NCBI GenBank assembly: GCA_977016875.1
Contig: CDRNST010000281.1
Location: forward strand, 682,001 to 746,000
Direction of reading: 5' to 3'
DNA from: Pavona decussata
Taxonomy: Eukaryota
Length of the DNA: 64,000 nt
The translations under genes were made by a program, and so were the position numbers. Position 1 is the first letter of the stretch, and each line of letters begins with the position of its first letter. The notes beneath the pieces were generated by a model. The model did no database searches. It saw nothing but the letters and a program-made list of their open reading frames with translations, and was not told where the DNA came from. This document shows, in pieces, positions 21,424 through 33,475 of this stretch.

Positions 21424-22610
21424 GCGCAGTAAAACTATCTGTATGCACAGTATAAGAAAGCACCACAGGGCGCGTAGCGTAACCTGTGAGCCAAGCGAAA
21501 CTTAAAAATAGCGCGTAAATAAATCAATAATTTATAAAAACATATATAAAAAATAAAAAATATATAAAAATATATAAAATACATAGTCGATATAAAAATG
21601 TATAAGAGTCATAGCTGGTCTATTCATGGCTGGTCTATCAATCTTGGTATAATAAAACGTTATCATGTTACTACTTTGAAAGGTCTTGCAATGTTCAGCG
21701 TTGCCGATAAAACCGCCTTCTGCATCCTCTCTAGGACTTGAGTAGTCTTTCGCCCAACCAGTGATCGCACACTAATCTCTGTCTCTTTCGACCAACCGCC
21801 TAGCACATCCCTGATAATATTATACTGGTGCACCTCGTATCCTTCATATATTGCTCCTTCAGCTCCCACCTCAAGGGACCATACTTCATGTTTTCTCCTC
21901 GCTCTTTTTCTCTCGATTACTAATCCATGGACAACTCATCTCTATGGTCATGACTTTCTTGCTCTCATGATTCACAACCCTCACATCGACCCGGTTGGCT
22001 CGCACCTCCTGATGATCTGCATACACAGGTACATCCCACCACGCTTCTACTTGTTCTGACTTGTACACCGGCTTTGGCATCACTGGCGAGTACCATGGTG
22101 GTACTTCCTCAAGAAGATCTTGGTCACGTAGGAGCTCGTAGAACAGGACTTTTAAAGCCATGTTATGTCTGAGCAAATACTTGTTCTGAGCTAGCGCAGA
22201 ACATCCGGCCAGAATGTGCGGGACACTTTCTTGGGCATGACCACATAGCCTACACTTCACATCCCCGGGACAACTCGTGTATGTCTTCTTACTAGAATAT
22301 AGCTTTGTGGGCAAAAGTTGCTCGTACAGTTCAAATACACCGGCAATAGAGTGCGAGGGGCATGATCTCCATTTATTCAGCCAACTGAAACACTCATTCT
22401 TGTACAGTTGTAAATCAGAGTTCCTCTCAGTCAGCAACTTTCCCTGCCAACTGAAACACTCATTCAAGCACAGCTGTAAGTCAGAGTTCCTCTCAATCAG
22501 CAATTTTCCCTGCCATTCTAGTCCACGTACTTCCTTTCCAAACTTCTTCTCCACACATTCTTTCAATACTTCCTATACTTCCCTCAATACTTCCATCAAT
22601 ACTTATTATT
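21424..22610 (-). mobile_element. 5'-truncated R4/Dong-like non-LTR retrotransposon fragment
   Basis: CRLC...ESVPHILAGC...YLLRHN zinc knuckle and ANRVDV...IEMSCPW RLE domain. Frameshift near 21880. Internal ~66-bp duplication. Ends in (TAA)n on its own strand. Confidence 0.8.
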
Positions 22611-24959
22611 ATATTCCTTCAATTCTTCTTANNNNNNNNNNNNNNNNNNNNNNNNNNNNNNNNNNNNNNNNNNNNNNNNNNNNNNNNNNNNNNNNNNNNN
22701 NNNNNNNNNNNNNNNNNNNNNNNNNNNNNNNNNNNNNNNNNNNNNNNNNNNNNNNNNNNNNNNNNNNNNNNNNNNNNNNNNNNATTATTGATTTTTTTAA
22801 ATAAAAATAGCATTGTAACTTTATGACATTTTTTTCTCTAAAAAAATCGGCTTGAAAGTTGTCTCTTTTTCAATGAAATGAATTGTAAATAGGTTTTAAT
22901 AGTTCTTTTTTCTACTTTTAACTTTTGAATAGCAATTTGCTTGAAATATGCTGATAAAGAATTCTCATTATTATTATTATTTAAAAATATTATTATTATT
23001 ATTATTATTAATTTTATTTTTTAGTCAAGTAGAGATGATTAATAATTGTTAAATATCCCCTAGCAGATGTTCATTATTCTCGTCATCTCTCTGCTTGACA
23101 ATGGTTCGAGATAGTTCACAAACCAAATTTTAAGAAGAAGCATTTGAAGAACTAAACTGACCATAGCTCAATTTCCTGCCCAGGAAAGGGTGACAAATGT
23201 TTATAATTCCTTGCATAATACAGAGTTAGAGATCTAAGAAATCGTTTAATGACTGTTTCCATGGAAACAGCGAGTTTTGTTCCCGTCGACCCGGAATATT
23301 TTCCTTGGCTCGGTCTCACTCCATTGGGGCCAATCATAAGGGTCTTATTGTAAACCAGCTTAGAAGCGTTCAGTTCAGTGTGGTATGGTTTTCAATCCTG
23401 AAGCTATTAAAAGATCTTGTCAGGATTTTGTTGGCAGGTTAATTAAGTCTGATATCTTAACAAAGAATAAACACAATTTAAGTCAACAGGCGGCCATGCC
23501 TCCCAAGGGAGGGGGGAGGGGGGGGGGGGGTTGTTCCCCTATAAAAGTGATGGCGATGCTCCTTGGAAAACCTCAAAAACATCCCTAAAATTTACCAGAA
23601 TGTACTTTTATGGGTATGGTCTAGATTCATTCTCAACCCCCCCCCCCCCCCCCCACCCCTCACACCCCAAAGAGGTACCGATTCTAAGACAACAAATCAA
23701 TTAGCGCTGGTAATTTCAATATTGATAAAGATGACTCTTCCAAACAACCACTTCTGCTAAAGACTTTTTGAAAGTATTGCCATGAATCTTTATCCTATTT
23801 GAGCATCTAACCTTAAAGGCACTTAAAAGGTACCACGACAACTCAATTAGCGCTTCTTTTAGATTTTAGCTCCCAACGAGGTACAAATTTACCCGTTGCA
23901 AGGTACGAATAGAACCACTGTTATTTTTTTAGTGAAGCACTCTCCTCTCCCGGGCCGTGACTATGGCCAACACAACAGCCACCACAATCACTCCAGCCAC
24001 CACGTGTCCAGCCCTTACTACTGAGGTATAAGGAATACTCCTTATAGGAGTTCCCCCACCCCTTACAACTAAAGAATTCCGACTCTTTCTGAAAAAGAAG
24101 GAAAAAAGCATTATATATACTTATCATGGAAATTATTTGTTTATTTTTTCATTGTCTTGCTATAATGTCCCTCAAGCTTAGAAGAAAATTGGATTCCTTT
24201 TCTTTACATCCATCCATTCATAGACCCATCCATCCGTCCGCCCCTTCGTCCATTCGTTCCTTCGCACGCACTCTCGATAAGCATTATATTTACTTATCAT
24301 GGAAATCATTGTCTTGCTATAATGTCCCACAAGCTTAGAAAAAAAAAAATGCATTCCTCTGGTTTACATCCAGCAATCCATCCATCCGTCCTCCCGTTCG
24401 TCTATTTGTTCGTTCGCTCGCACGCTCGTNNNNNNNNNNNNNNNNNNNNNNNNNNNNNNNNNNNNNNNNNNNNNNNNNNNNNNNNNNNNNNNNNNNNNNN
24501 NNNNNNNNNNNNNNNNNNNNNNNNNNNNNNNNNNNNNNNNNNNNNNNNNNNNNNNNNNNNNNNNNNNNNNNNNNNNNNNNNNNNNNNNNNNNNNNNNNNN
24601 NNNNNNNNNNNNNNNNNNNNNNNNNNNNNNNNNNNNNNNNNNNNNNNNNNNNNNNNNNNNNNNCAGTTAGTCAGTCATTTAGTTAGTCAGTCANNNNNNN
24701 NNNNNNNNNNNNNNNNNNNNNNNNNNNNNNNNNNNNNNNNNNNNNNNNNNNNNNNNNNNNNNNNNNNNNNNNNNNNNNNNNNNNNNNNNNNNNNNNNNNN
24801 NNNNNNNNNNNNNNNNNNNNNNNNNNNNNNNNNNNNNNNNNNNNNNNNNNNNNNNNNNNNNNNNNNNNNNNNNNNNNNNNNNNNNNNNNNNNNNNNNNNN
24901 NNNNNNNNNNNNNNNNNNNNNNNNNNNGACCTTGACATCATCTATTTTCTGTCCCATAG

Positions 24960-25324
24960 AGTGCCAAAACTACAAAAGTCTAAACAATGCTGACAGAAAT
25001 GTAACGTACAAAGGTCATAACTGGCGAGGTGACAGAGGGCTTGGTCCTGGTTGGTTCCGATTTGAAGGCAAAGCAGGAACAAGAATGGCTTCTTCATGTC
25101 CACCCAGAGGAAGTTGTGGCAGTCGTCATCCTGGCTGGTTGGATAGCAGTCATCCCAGTGTTGCAGATGGTAAAAGTTATGGGAAGGTTTGCTTTCGCCG
25201 GTCTAGCGATTGCTCTTGTTTACGGTCCACTGTTATTAGAGTTAGGAACTGTACTTCATTTTATGTTTATTACCTTGATGGTGTCCCTTCTCCTGGTAGT
25301 TTGCGCTACTGTGGTAGTGACTAA
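24960..25324 (+). CDS. Gene A terminal exon, uromodulin/GP2/OIT3-like D8C (D10C) domain
   Basis: Phase-1 acceptor cccatag; ECQNY...GWFRFEGKAGTRM...C...CGSRHPGWL...VCF...VRNCTSFYVYYL...LRYCGSD then stop. Confidence 0.88.
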
Positions 25325-28300
25325 TAAAAAAATTTTGAACGGCAATGAAGCGATCCGTCCCTTGGTTTTCAGTAGATCATACCAAACGAAAACATAGTCA
25401 CAATTGAAAAAAAAATGGGAATCTTCTGATTCTTAACACTCCTACTCTGTCGACGTCCAGTTAAGGACTCCGCTTTCCACTCGTTTTATTTATTTTTTGT
25501 CTTTTTGGTCGTATAAGTTCGTAGGCACTCAGACGTTTCTGGCTCCGACTTCATTGCTAGCGAAAACCAATTAAAACAAACGTTGGATGAGAAATCGCTG
25601 CCGGATCATAATAGCCAGCTTGTAAGAATACTGCATGACTGCCTTCCTTGTGTTGGTTAAATAAGGTACTCAGGAATCTTCACAGAGCGAAGTAGCACTC
25701 AAATACTAAATAAGAATTTCAGATATCAAAACTATTGTCAGTAGAAACTTTAGTATTAACACCCATTTCTTTCCTCAAGTATATCTTGATAAAAATATTA
25801 AATTATCCTCTTTTGTCCTGACAATTGAGGCCTAGACAGAGATTTTTTTTTTTTCTTTATTGAGCAAAAACGAAAACAAAGTACTATTTCTGGTGTACTT
25901 CCAGCGTATCTTAGCAACAATCGCTTTCCAGTATGCGTGGAAGTGGGACTGTGGAGATTTTCGAAATGGTGAAGCTAAATAGTTCTAAATCGGAGAGAAG
26001 TGTAGAAGAGTAGATGTGTAGAAGTAAAGGACACAGAAAAACGCACACATTAATTTTATCGATAGAAATCAGACTTTTTCCGAGGCAACTCTACTCGAGT
26101 AGTCGACTGCTAATTTTCCCATCGCCCTCAATGATTAGGACATAACCAAAATGTAGGGTAAAGTAGGGGCTTAGAAATTTCTAAGGTTCTTATTACTTTA
26201 TATTTGAACACATTTAAAGGAATCAGTGTGTCAACAACTTTAACATTTTTCTTAGTTTAAAGCCATAAATGATAAGCGAGATACAGGACAGGACTGAGCC
26301 GATTACTAAAGCAGGATAATCACAAGTCATGGCATCATGGTTCATGCATAAACTTCCTCCCTCAAATTTACAAACTTGGCAGACCAGTTTTACCTAGTAA
26401 TTGTGTTTTCATTGGAGTTCCTTTTTCAAAGAAATTAAGACAAAAAGAGCCAATTTTGGCTTTCGCTTTCATAATGGGAATAAGAAATGGCTTATTTTGA
26501 TTTCATTTGATATAGGCTAGTCCGGCAATGTCTGCCTGATTTTCCATTCTTATGATCCAGAGAATAAATAAAATCGAGCAGCATGTCTTCAAATAACGCT
26601 GTTAGTTTCGGTCCAATGAGAATTGTAAAAGGCTAAAATATTTTCAATATAAAGCAGAAATTCTTGTAAATTTTGGCTTTTATCTTAACAACATCTTTTT
26701 CTTTTTATTTAGTACAGGCCACTCAATGATACATAATACTCAGTCTGAGGGCTATCCATTTTGTAACTGATCAAGAGATTCACTAAAGTGCCTTGACTCA
26801 TGCAGCATTTCAGTTTTTAGTTTCTAGTGAAAAATGTAATCAAGACCTCAGTCTTACATTTTTACTCCTGTTTTTAGTTAATTAAGTAAATTGAGCCTAT
26901 ACGATCTCGGGAGTTTAGAAGCTCTTTTTGATGTTTCCATGGCAACACGATTCTAACAGTCATGTTTTTCGAAATTTGGAATTTTTATATTTATGAAAAT
27001 GAAGTGTCTCGTCATTAAGTTTAAATTTTTATATTATTTTAACCTATCTTTATTGGTTTTGATCATTTATTTATTGGGAGAGGCGAGTTGCTCTCAGCAC
27101 TGCGCCATGTTCCTGCTCCCCATAGAGAGAAAAAAAATCAACTGATTCGTAGCCTATTTTGGAAACAAAAATGCAAGAACTTTAAATGGGTTAGCCTTAC
27201 GTTTTGAAAGCTACCTTCACTTCCAACCGAGTCTACTAGTGGCTAGAGACACTCATCAACAGTTTTGGTATAAGTTGTTAATCGTTCGCTGAGGTTGTAA
27301 TTTATAACAAAACTAGACTAACAATTTATGTTTCTGTTGAAACAACAACGTTTTTGGATTTTCCAAATGACACGAAATCGATCCCGTGACACATTTCGTT
27401 TAAATCCATCTCTCTTTACTGCAAAGTATCATAGTACTTTTTTTTTTAATTTGAGTGTCAAAGTAATTACACGTTTGGTTCGGTTTTCCTTTATTAGACT
27501 CTGTGATTGATTAGCAAAACTCGCGCCACTTTTTCAACCTATAAGAAGCAAAACCAATCGTGTCTTGCTCGTAGGCGTTTTCCGCTCTTTACGCCAGCTA
27601 CATGCATTTGCTTTGAGATCTGATTGGTTCATTGTGTTGTTTACGTTTGCTGCGATTGGCCAAAGTAATTACTTTGGATTTGGTTTTGAGAAACTCATTT
27701 AAAAACTGCTTTCTTTTCTATTCAAATATATGCGTGGGGAATCTAGACTTCGAAAGGTATCTTCTGCATCTTAAAAATATACATTAAGCTGTGTATTCTG
27801 AAAGAAAAAAAAAGCATTTAAAATACGTGCTTAACATTGTTTTGAATCCACCTGGGAGAGGTTGTTGCAATGGTTTGTGATTGTCTTCTTGTTCTTGATT
27901 ATTCCATTGTCGTTATCGCGGTAATTTTTTGTCTATTTTTTTTTAAATATCGTATCGCGTAAAACTAGTAGATAACCTGTATTCTATACAACTTCTTTTT
28001 TGTAATTGAAATATACTAGAGAACACTATAATGTAGGAAAAAAAAAAAAGAAAAAGAACAAAAAAGAAAAGAAAAAGAAACGAATGTATTTAACCAGGAG
28101 GAAAAAGCTCAAGGTCATGATGCTGTACGTACAAGGTTCATTGTAGTTGGTGCCCAGATTATCTCATGCACTGAAATATTCATTTAGTATATATTCTGAA
28201 GTCACTTGTTATAGGCTAAAGAGTGTAACCGATATACTAGACAAGCAAGTTTAACAATTGGAGAACTATATGCGAAACGACACTTAAAGCGTACACCACT

Positions 28301-30407
28301 GACTGTGAAATGCTTTTTGCTTGGTCCTTTAATATTTTTTTCCTTACCTGCCTTCAGATATGTTCAATTTTTTCAAACTTAGTTTAATGTAACTGAATTT
28401 GCGAGGTCTTGAGAATTGCCATGTTTTCAGTTATGTTGTAAATTGCATCTACTTTATACTATGCCATAATTGTTAAGCATGTTATAAAAAGATAAATATA
28501 AATAATTAGTTCAAGTTGGAAAATGGTGACTGTAAATATCCCATGCCATGTAATTAAAAAATCACTAGGTTTTAAGTTTTTTTAAAGTCTCCTTTCACGT
28601 TTTTGTAGTATCGTATTTACCTAACTATAATTAAGCTGATGATAATTTATTATCAGTTGACTGGTCCTTCAGAAGGAAGCATTTTGTAAGATGCTTTCAT
28701 TAAAGAGCAGTAGATTATCACTGACAAAGCAATCATCAAAACAAGTTGTATTACTATAACTGCAATGTTGTATGATTATCTCTTGATTATGAACTTAACA
28801 ACAAATAAGTAAAAATAAAACTAAACATAAAAAGCACATGTAGTTTGTCAATTGAACAACAAGAGCACGGTATAGCTGCTAAACACAGTTTGAATTTGGG
28901 GCTCTAAAAAGTTGAAGGTAATAAAATGATTTACTGATCTGAGCAAGCTCAGAAACGAGGACTTAGACTTCGGGTGGTCGCACTTTTTTCCTCTAGATCA
29001 CCCACGCGAAAGGGACTGTACTGAATTATGCAAGTTGAAAAAGAGAACTACAACGGATTAGCGAGAGTACAAAAGGTACTACTCATAAGATACAAAATAG
29101 GTACCTGTTAGTACAAGCTCAGCCTTCAGCCAGCAATAAATGAGAATTTGGACCTCCCGTCCTCTACACTTCCTGGCAGCACCTGGCAAGTGCTAACAAA
29201 TCAGTCAGACCACCGCGGGTTGGGTTACAACAAAGGAAGGGGGGGGGGGGGGGGTTCTTTGGACGCTGTTGGCAATCCAGCTAGGAGTAGGTTACTTGGA
29301 GTATGAAAACCGCAGCTATGGATTAAATGGTCTTTTATGGGGAAAAAGAACTGAATAATACGATTTGGTCAAGGGCCATGCAGTTTGCGGAAAGAGGGGC
29401 GCGCAGTGCTCGATAGGAAGGACGCTGCAATCCCACAAAGACCTCGTGCACCAACCTAGTTCCCTGGGTCATTACAGAATTCGAATTGGCGGTATAGAGA
29501 AGACCCTGGACAACGATGCGAAGTTTTCCATTGATTGTGGAGAATTTTGTCACGTGAAACAATGATTTTCAAAAACCATTTCGTCCCATACATTGTTCAC
29601 CAACCTCGCACCGAACCCGTTCATGTTGCTAGAAACAGTACTCAATGAAATAAGAGTACAAAAAAAAAGGAACAGTCTTTTTCTTTCTTTGTTTCGTTCT
29701 TTCATTCATTATTCCATCTTTTCTTTCTGTCCTTCCTGCCTTTCGTTTTCTTTCTTTCAACCAGAAGCCTGCTTGCATGAACACCCAGTTAGTCCTTTAA
29801 GTAGCAATATCAACATGTACATTCTCCTTACTCCTCTGTGCTTATTACTTGTGGCACCAGGTAGGAGAATTAAGAACATTTTATCTTTGGTGATTATTTT
29901 CTTCATTCTCATGGCCTGACTGTTTGATCAGACAGTGATATGGTAAGGAGAAATTATACGCTGATCACCTTTGGAGTTTAAGATATTAATATGGGATTGC
30001 ACTCTACTGGGATAGTGTCGGAAACGTTACCTAAAAAAGTGAGAAAGAATGTCGTTATTATATACAGAGATTTAGAATCGTATTTATGGCAAACGTGAGG
30101 TTCACGTTTTTGTTTTATTGAAAAAACCTGTTGCACGTATGGGAATAGTGCAAAATATTTTTGACTATTGGTGCTAACTCAAAACTACTCAATTTAACTG
30201 ACAATTAAAACAGCGAGCGACAAAAATAGGATAAACATGGTCACGTGGTCGGTTTTGTCGTTTGCCATAAACGTAATTATATATCTCTCTAAACGTTCAA
30301 GAAAACTGCTGCCGCAAGAAGAAATAAAACCCGTGGGACATGGCGACAGAAACTGAAGATTAAACGACTCTTTACTGATTGGAAAATGCTTATCTTCTAT
30401 TGTAAAA

Positions 30408-30438
<31 letters not shown>

Positions 30439-30989
30439 ATATTAAATAAATAATAAAATAATTAAAATGCAAAAATAAAGATGGATCTTTCTGTCTAAAC
30501 TCTCATATTAAAGTGACGGGGTGATCGTCTTTCCTTTAAGGGGTTAAAATTCGTGGTTTGGTATTCCTTATGGTGCGAAAATCTAAAATATCTTTCGACA
30601 GAGATATGGTGGTGCTTTTTAAGATATTGAGCCGGAAAAATTAGAGAGCGTAAATGTCAGTCAACTGATTCGGTACCATTTAGGGGTAAAAAAAAAATCG
30701 GACAACGTCCACAAAAAGAAACGCTGGTACGGTACCTTTCAGGGGTTCTTTTTAAAATTTCCTATGATCACCCCCGTCAGTTATATACTGGAGTCCACTC
30801 CTCCCTCCCTTCTCCAAACCAACAGGTATTTACGTAATGTAAACTAGACTTTACCAAGAGTACCGCCCTAAATATAAGCCGGTCGTTTTGTCTAAGAGGC
30901 GGATCACCCATTGGAGTTCGCTAATGGCGTCTGTCGTTTCAATAACAATGATGTTAGCTCCAAACCCTAAGAGCCCTGAGCACAACAAT

Positions 30990-33475
30990 GTACTAAAACT
31001 ATAGTATACGTATGCATTACACTAATACTGATAATAATATAGATAGAAAACTATGTACAAATAAAAGATTTAGAAGCAAATAAATACGAAATACCATCAA
31101 GATAGTTCGTTAAAAAGGGTGCATAGTTTGTTTTGCGATCTCAGTCCTCACTGAAGGCGTATGTAAAAGGTTGCTTTGTCTAGTGGCGCGCACACGGATT
31201 GTATTATTAAGTTTAAAATATTCCTTTAAATATTGGGAACACTGACCTAAGAGGCATTTCTTAACGAGTTTAAAAGCACTTTAAGACGGCGCTCCTCAGC
31301 GTGGGCCATTTCAGAACTTCCATTGCCGGGTTGCTTCGTACAGTTCTTGCAACTATCCTGGCAGCCCGGCTTTGGAGGGCTTTAAGGGTTTGTTTGTGAT
31401 CTTCTCCGCAGCAGCCCCACACACTCACACAGTATTCTAAAATTGGCCTAATTAGACTACAATAAACTATATTTGCAATCTCTCTAGTGAGGCCTCTACC
31501 AAGCCTGCCGAGCATTCCTACGCGTTTTCCCGCCTTCGAAGTAAGGTGCTTTATTTGCTCGTTCCAGCTAAAGCTCGTTCCAGCTAAGGCGGTCATCAAA
31601 GACTATACCGAGATAAGTGAAGTGAAAAACCCGCTTAACAACATTGTTATGTAAAGTAATAGAAAACAAGTTTATGGTAGATAATCTAGGGGCAGTTTCG
31701 AAAAGCATAGCTTTAGATTTTGATACGTTAATAAGCAGACTATTGAAAGAAAGCAGGTGCTGAATTTTAGACAGATCAGCAATCAGCTTGTCATGAATAA
31801 TAGAGGCCTTAGAGGATGAGCAGTATAAAATAGTGTCATCAGCGTACATCAAAATATTACATTCGGACACTATCTTCGGTAAATCATTAATGTGTAGAAT
31901 AAACAAAAGTGGACCGAGGATAGAACCTTGAGGCACTCCAACAGAGATGGCTTCCGAAGTAGAAGTCACCCCATGAAACTCAACAACGTGGGAGCGGTTC
32001 GATAGGTAGTCCGTAAACAGCGATTCTCTTTAGCCACAATCCCCAAATTGGAAAGCTTGTCCAGAAGCACCGCACTATTCACAGTGTCGAAAGCTTTACG
32101 AAGGTCAATAAACACATCACCAGTTAATTGACCTTGGTCCATGTTTCTACGAATATTATTAGAAAAACTAAAAGCAGCGAATTCTGTCGAGTGACACTTC
32201 CAAAAACCGCACTGATAAGGGCTCAAGATCTTTTTTTGCAGAAGATATTTGTACAGTTGGATATGTACAGCCCGTTCTAAAACCTTGGATAAAACAGGTA
32301 AATGGAAATCGAGCGATAATTGTGCATCTCATCAGCCTTTCCTATTTTTAAAAAGTGGAATGACCCGCGCAGATTTCCAGTCACAAGGAACTTTGGCAGT
32401 ACGCAACGAAGTGTTGATAATGAACGTCACAGGCTTGACTACAATGTTCGCAGAATCTTTTAACAGGCGCTCCGGTATGCGGTCCAAATCCACAGCCTAC
32501 CCAGATTTCAGGCTATGTAACTGCGACAGAACAAACTCCTCAGAGATCTCGGGAAAATTGAACAGCGGATATTGACGGACAGAAATATTGGGATCACGTT
32601 GATTATTACCACAAGTTGACCGTAAGTTAGCCATCAATTTGCTTGCCGCGGATGCGAAAAACTTATTAAATGCGTTGGCAATGCATTGCTTGTCTGAAGA
32701 GACAACGCCGTTTATTTTAATGTTTGGAGACGTAACTTTCTTTTTACCCGGCAGGATTTTCTTCATCGTCCTCCAAAATGATCTGTGATCACCACCACGT
32801 TCCTCGATGAGCCGCTTATTGGAGAGAAATATTGGGATCACGTTGATTATCACCACAAGTTCACCGTAAGTTGGCCATCAATTTGCTTGCCGCGGATGCG
32901 AAAAGCTTGTTAAATGCGTTTGCAATCCATTGCTTGTCTGAAGAGACAAAGCCGTTTATTTTAATGTTTGGAGACGTAACTTTCTATTTACCCGGCAGGA
33001 TTTTCTTCATCGTCCTCCAAAATGATCTGTGATCACCATCACGTTCCTCGATGAGCCGCTTATTATAAGACGCTTTCGCTGATCTTATTTCATTTGTCAC
33101 ACGATTGCGAAAACGGCGGTAGCTAGCCTACTCTTCTGAGGTGTTACTTTTGAGTGCTCTTTGTGAAAGTAATCACGCTGGCGCATAGTCGCTTTTATGC
33201 TCTTGTTTAGCCAAGGACAATTTGTCAATAGCTGCGTCAGCGGTGCATGACGATCAGCAATCGTGATAAATTCCCGCTTAAAGTCATGCCAGAGTTTATC
33301 AACAATGACAGGTCCATCGGGACCAGGAGCAGAGTTACAGTTAACACCTTTCAAGTCTTTACGAAAGGCGTCAACATTAAAATGCGCATAATTTCTAAAG
33401 GTCTTGACCTGAGAGAGTGCTCTTTTGCAGTTTAATCTACGAACGCAATAAACCAATTCATGGTCACTTAAATGC
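30990..33475 (-). mobile_element. Decayed CR1/L2-type LINE fragment
   Basis: SDHELVY, FIDLRKAFDTV, GVPQGSILGPLLF, MYADDT and YLGIVFD across broken ORFs. Internal 244-bp tandem duplication (32581 and 32825). Confidence 0.88.

Larger units (their letters stand above)
10855..25324 (+). pseudogene. Gene A: secreted PAN/apple-like, EGF, 3x cbEGF, UMOD/GP2-type D8C(D10C) protein, disabled
   Basis: GT-AG exons 10855-10945 (signal peptide), 12327-12580 (PAN-like), 13685-13795 (EGF with 7-nt deletion), 19134-19256, 20465-20584, 21085-21219 (DxDEC cbEGF; TAA at 21159) and 24960-25324 (GWFRF...VCF...VRNC...YVYYL...LRYCG). N gaps could hide further exons. Confidence 0.85.

Noticed and set aside
21091-21432. 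ORF with poly-Tyr tail, and similar poly-Gln ORFs at 37465 and 57116
   Set aside because: These are translations of (TAT)n and (CAA)n microsatellites in the wrong frame or in non-coding DNA.
23933-24025. Possible Thr-rich linker exon of gene A (TMANTTATTITPATTCPALTTE)
   Set aside because: The Thr-rich frame does not fit the phase-1 junctions of the neighbouring exons, and the phase-compatible frame ends in a stop. It cannot be supported.
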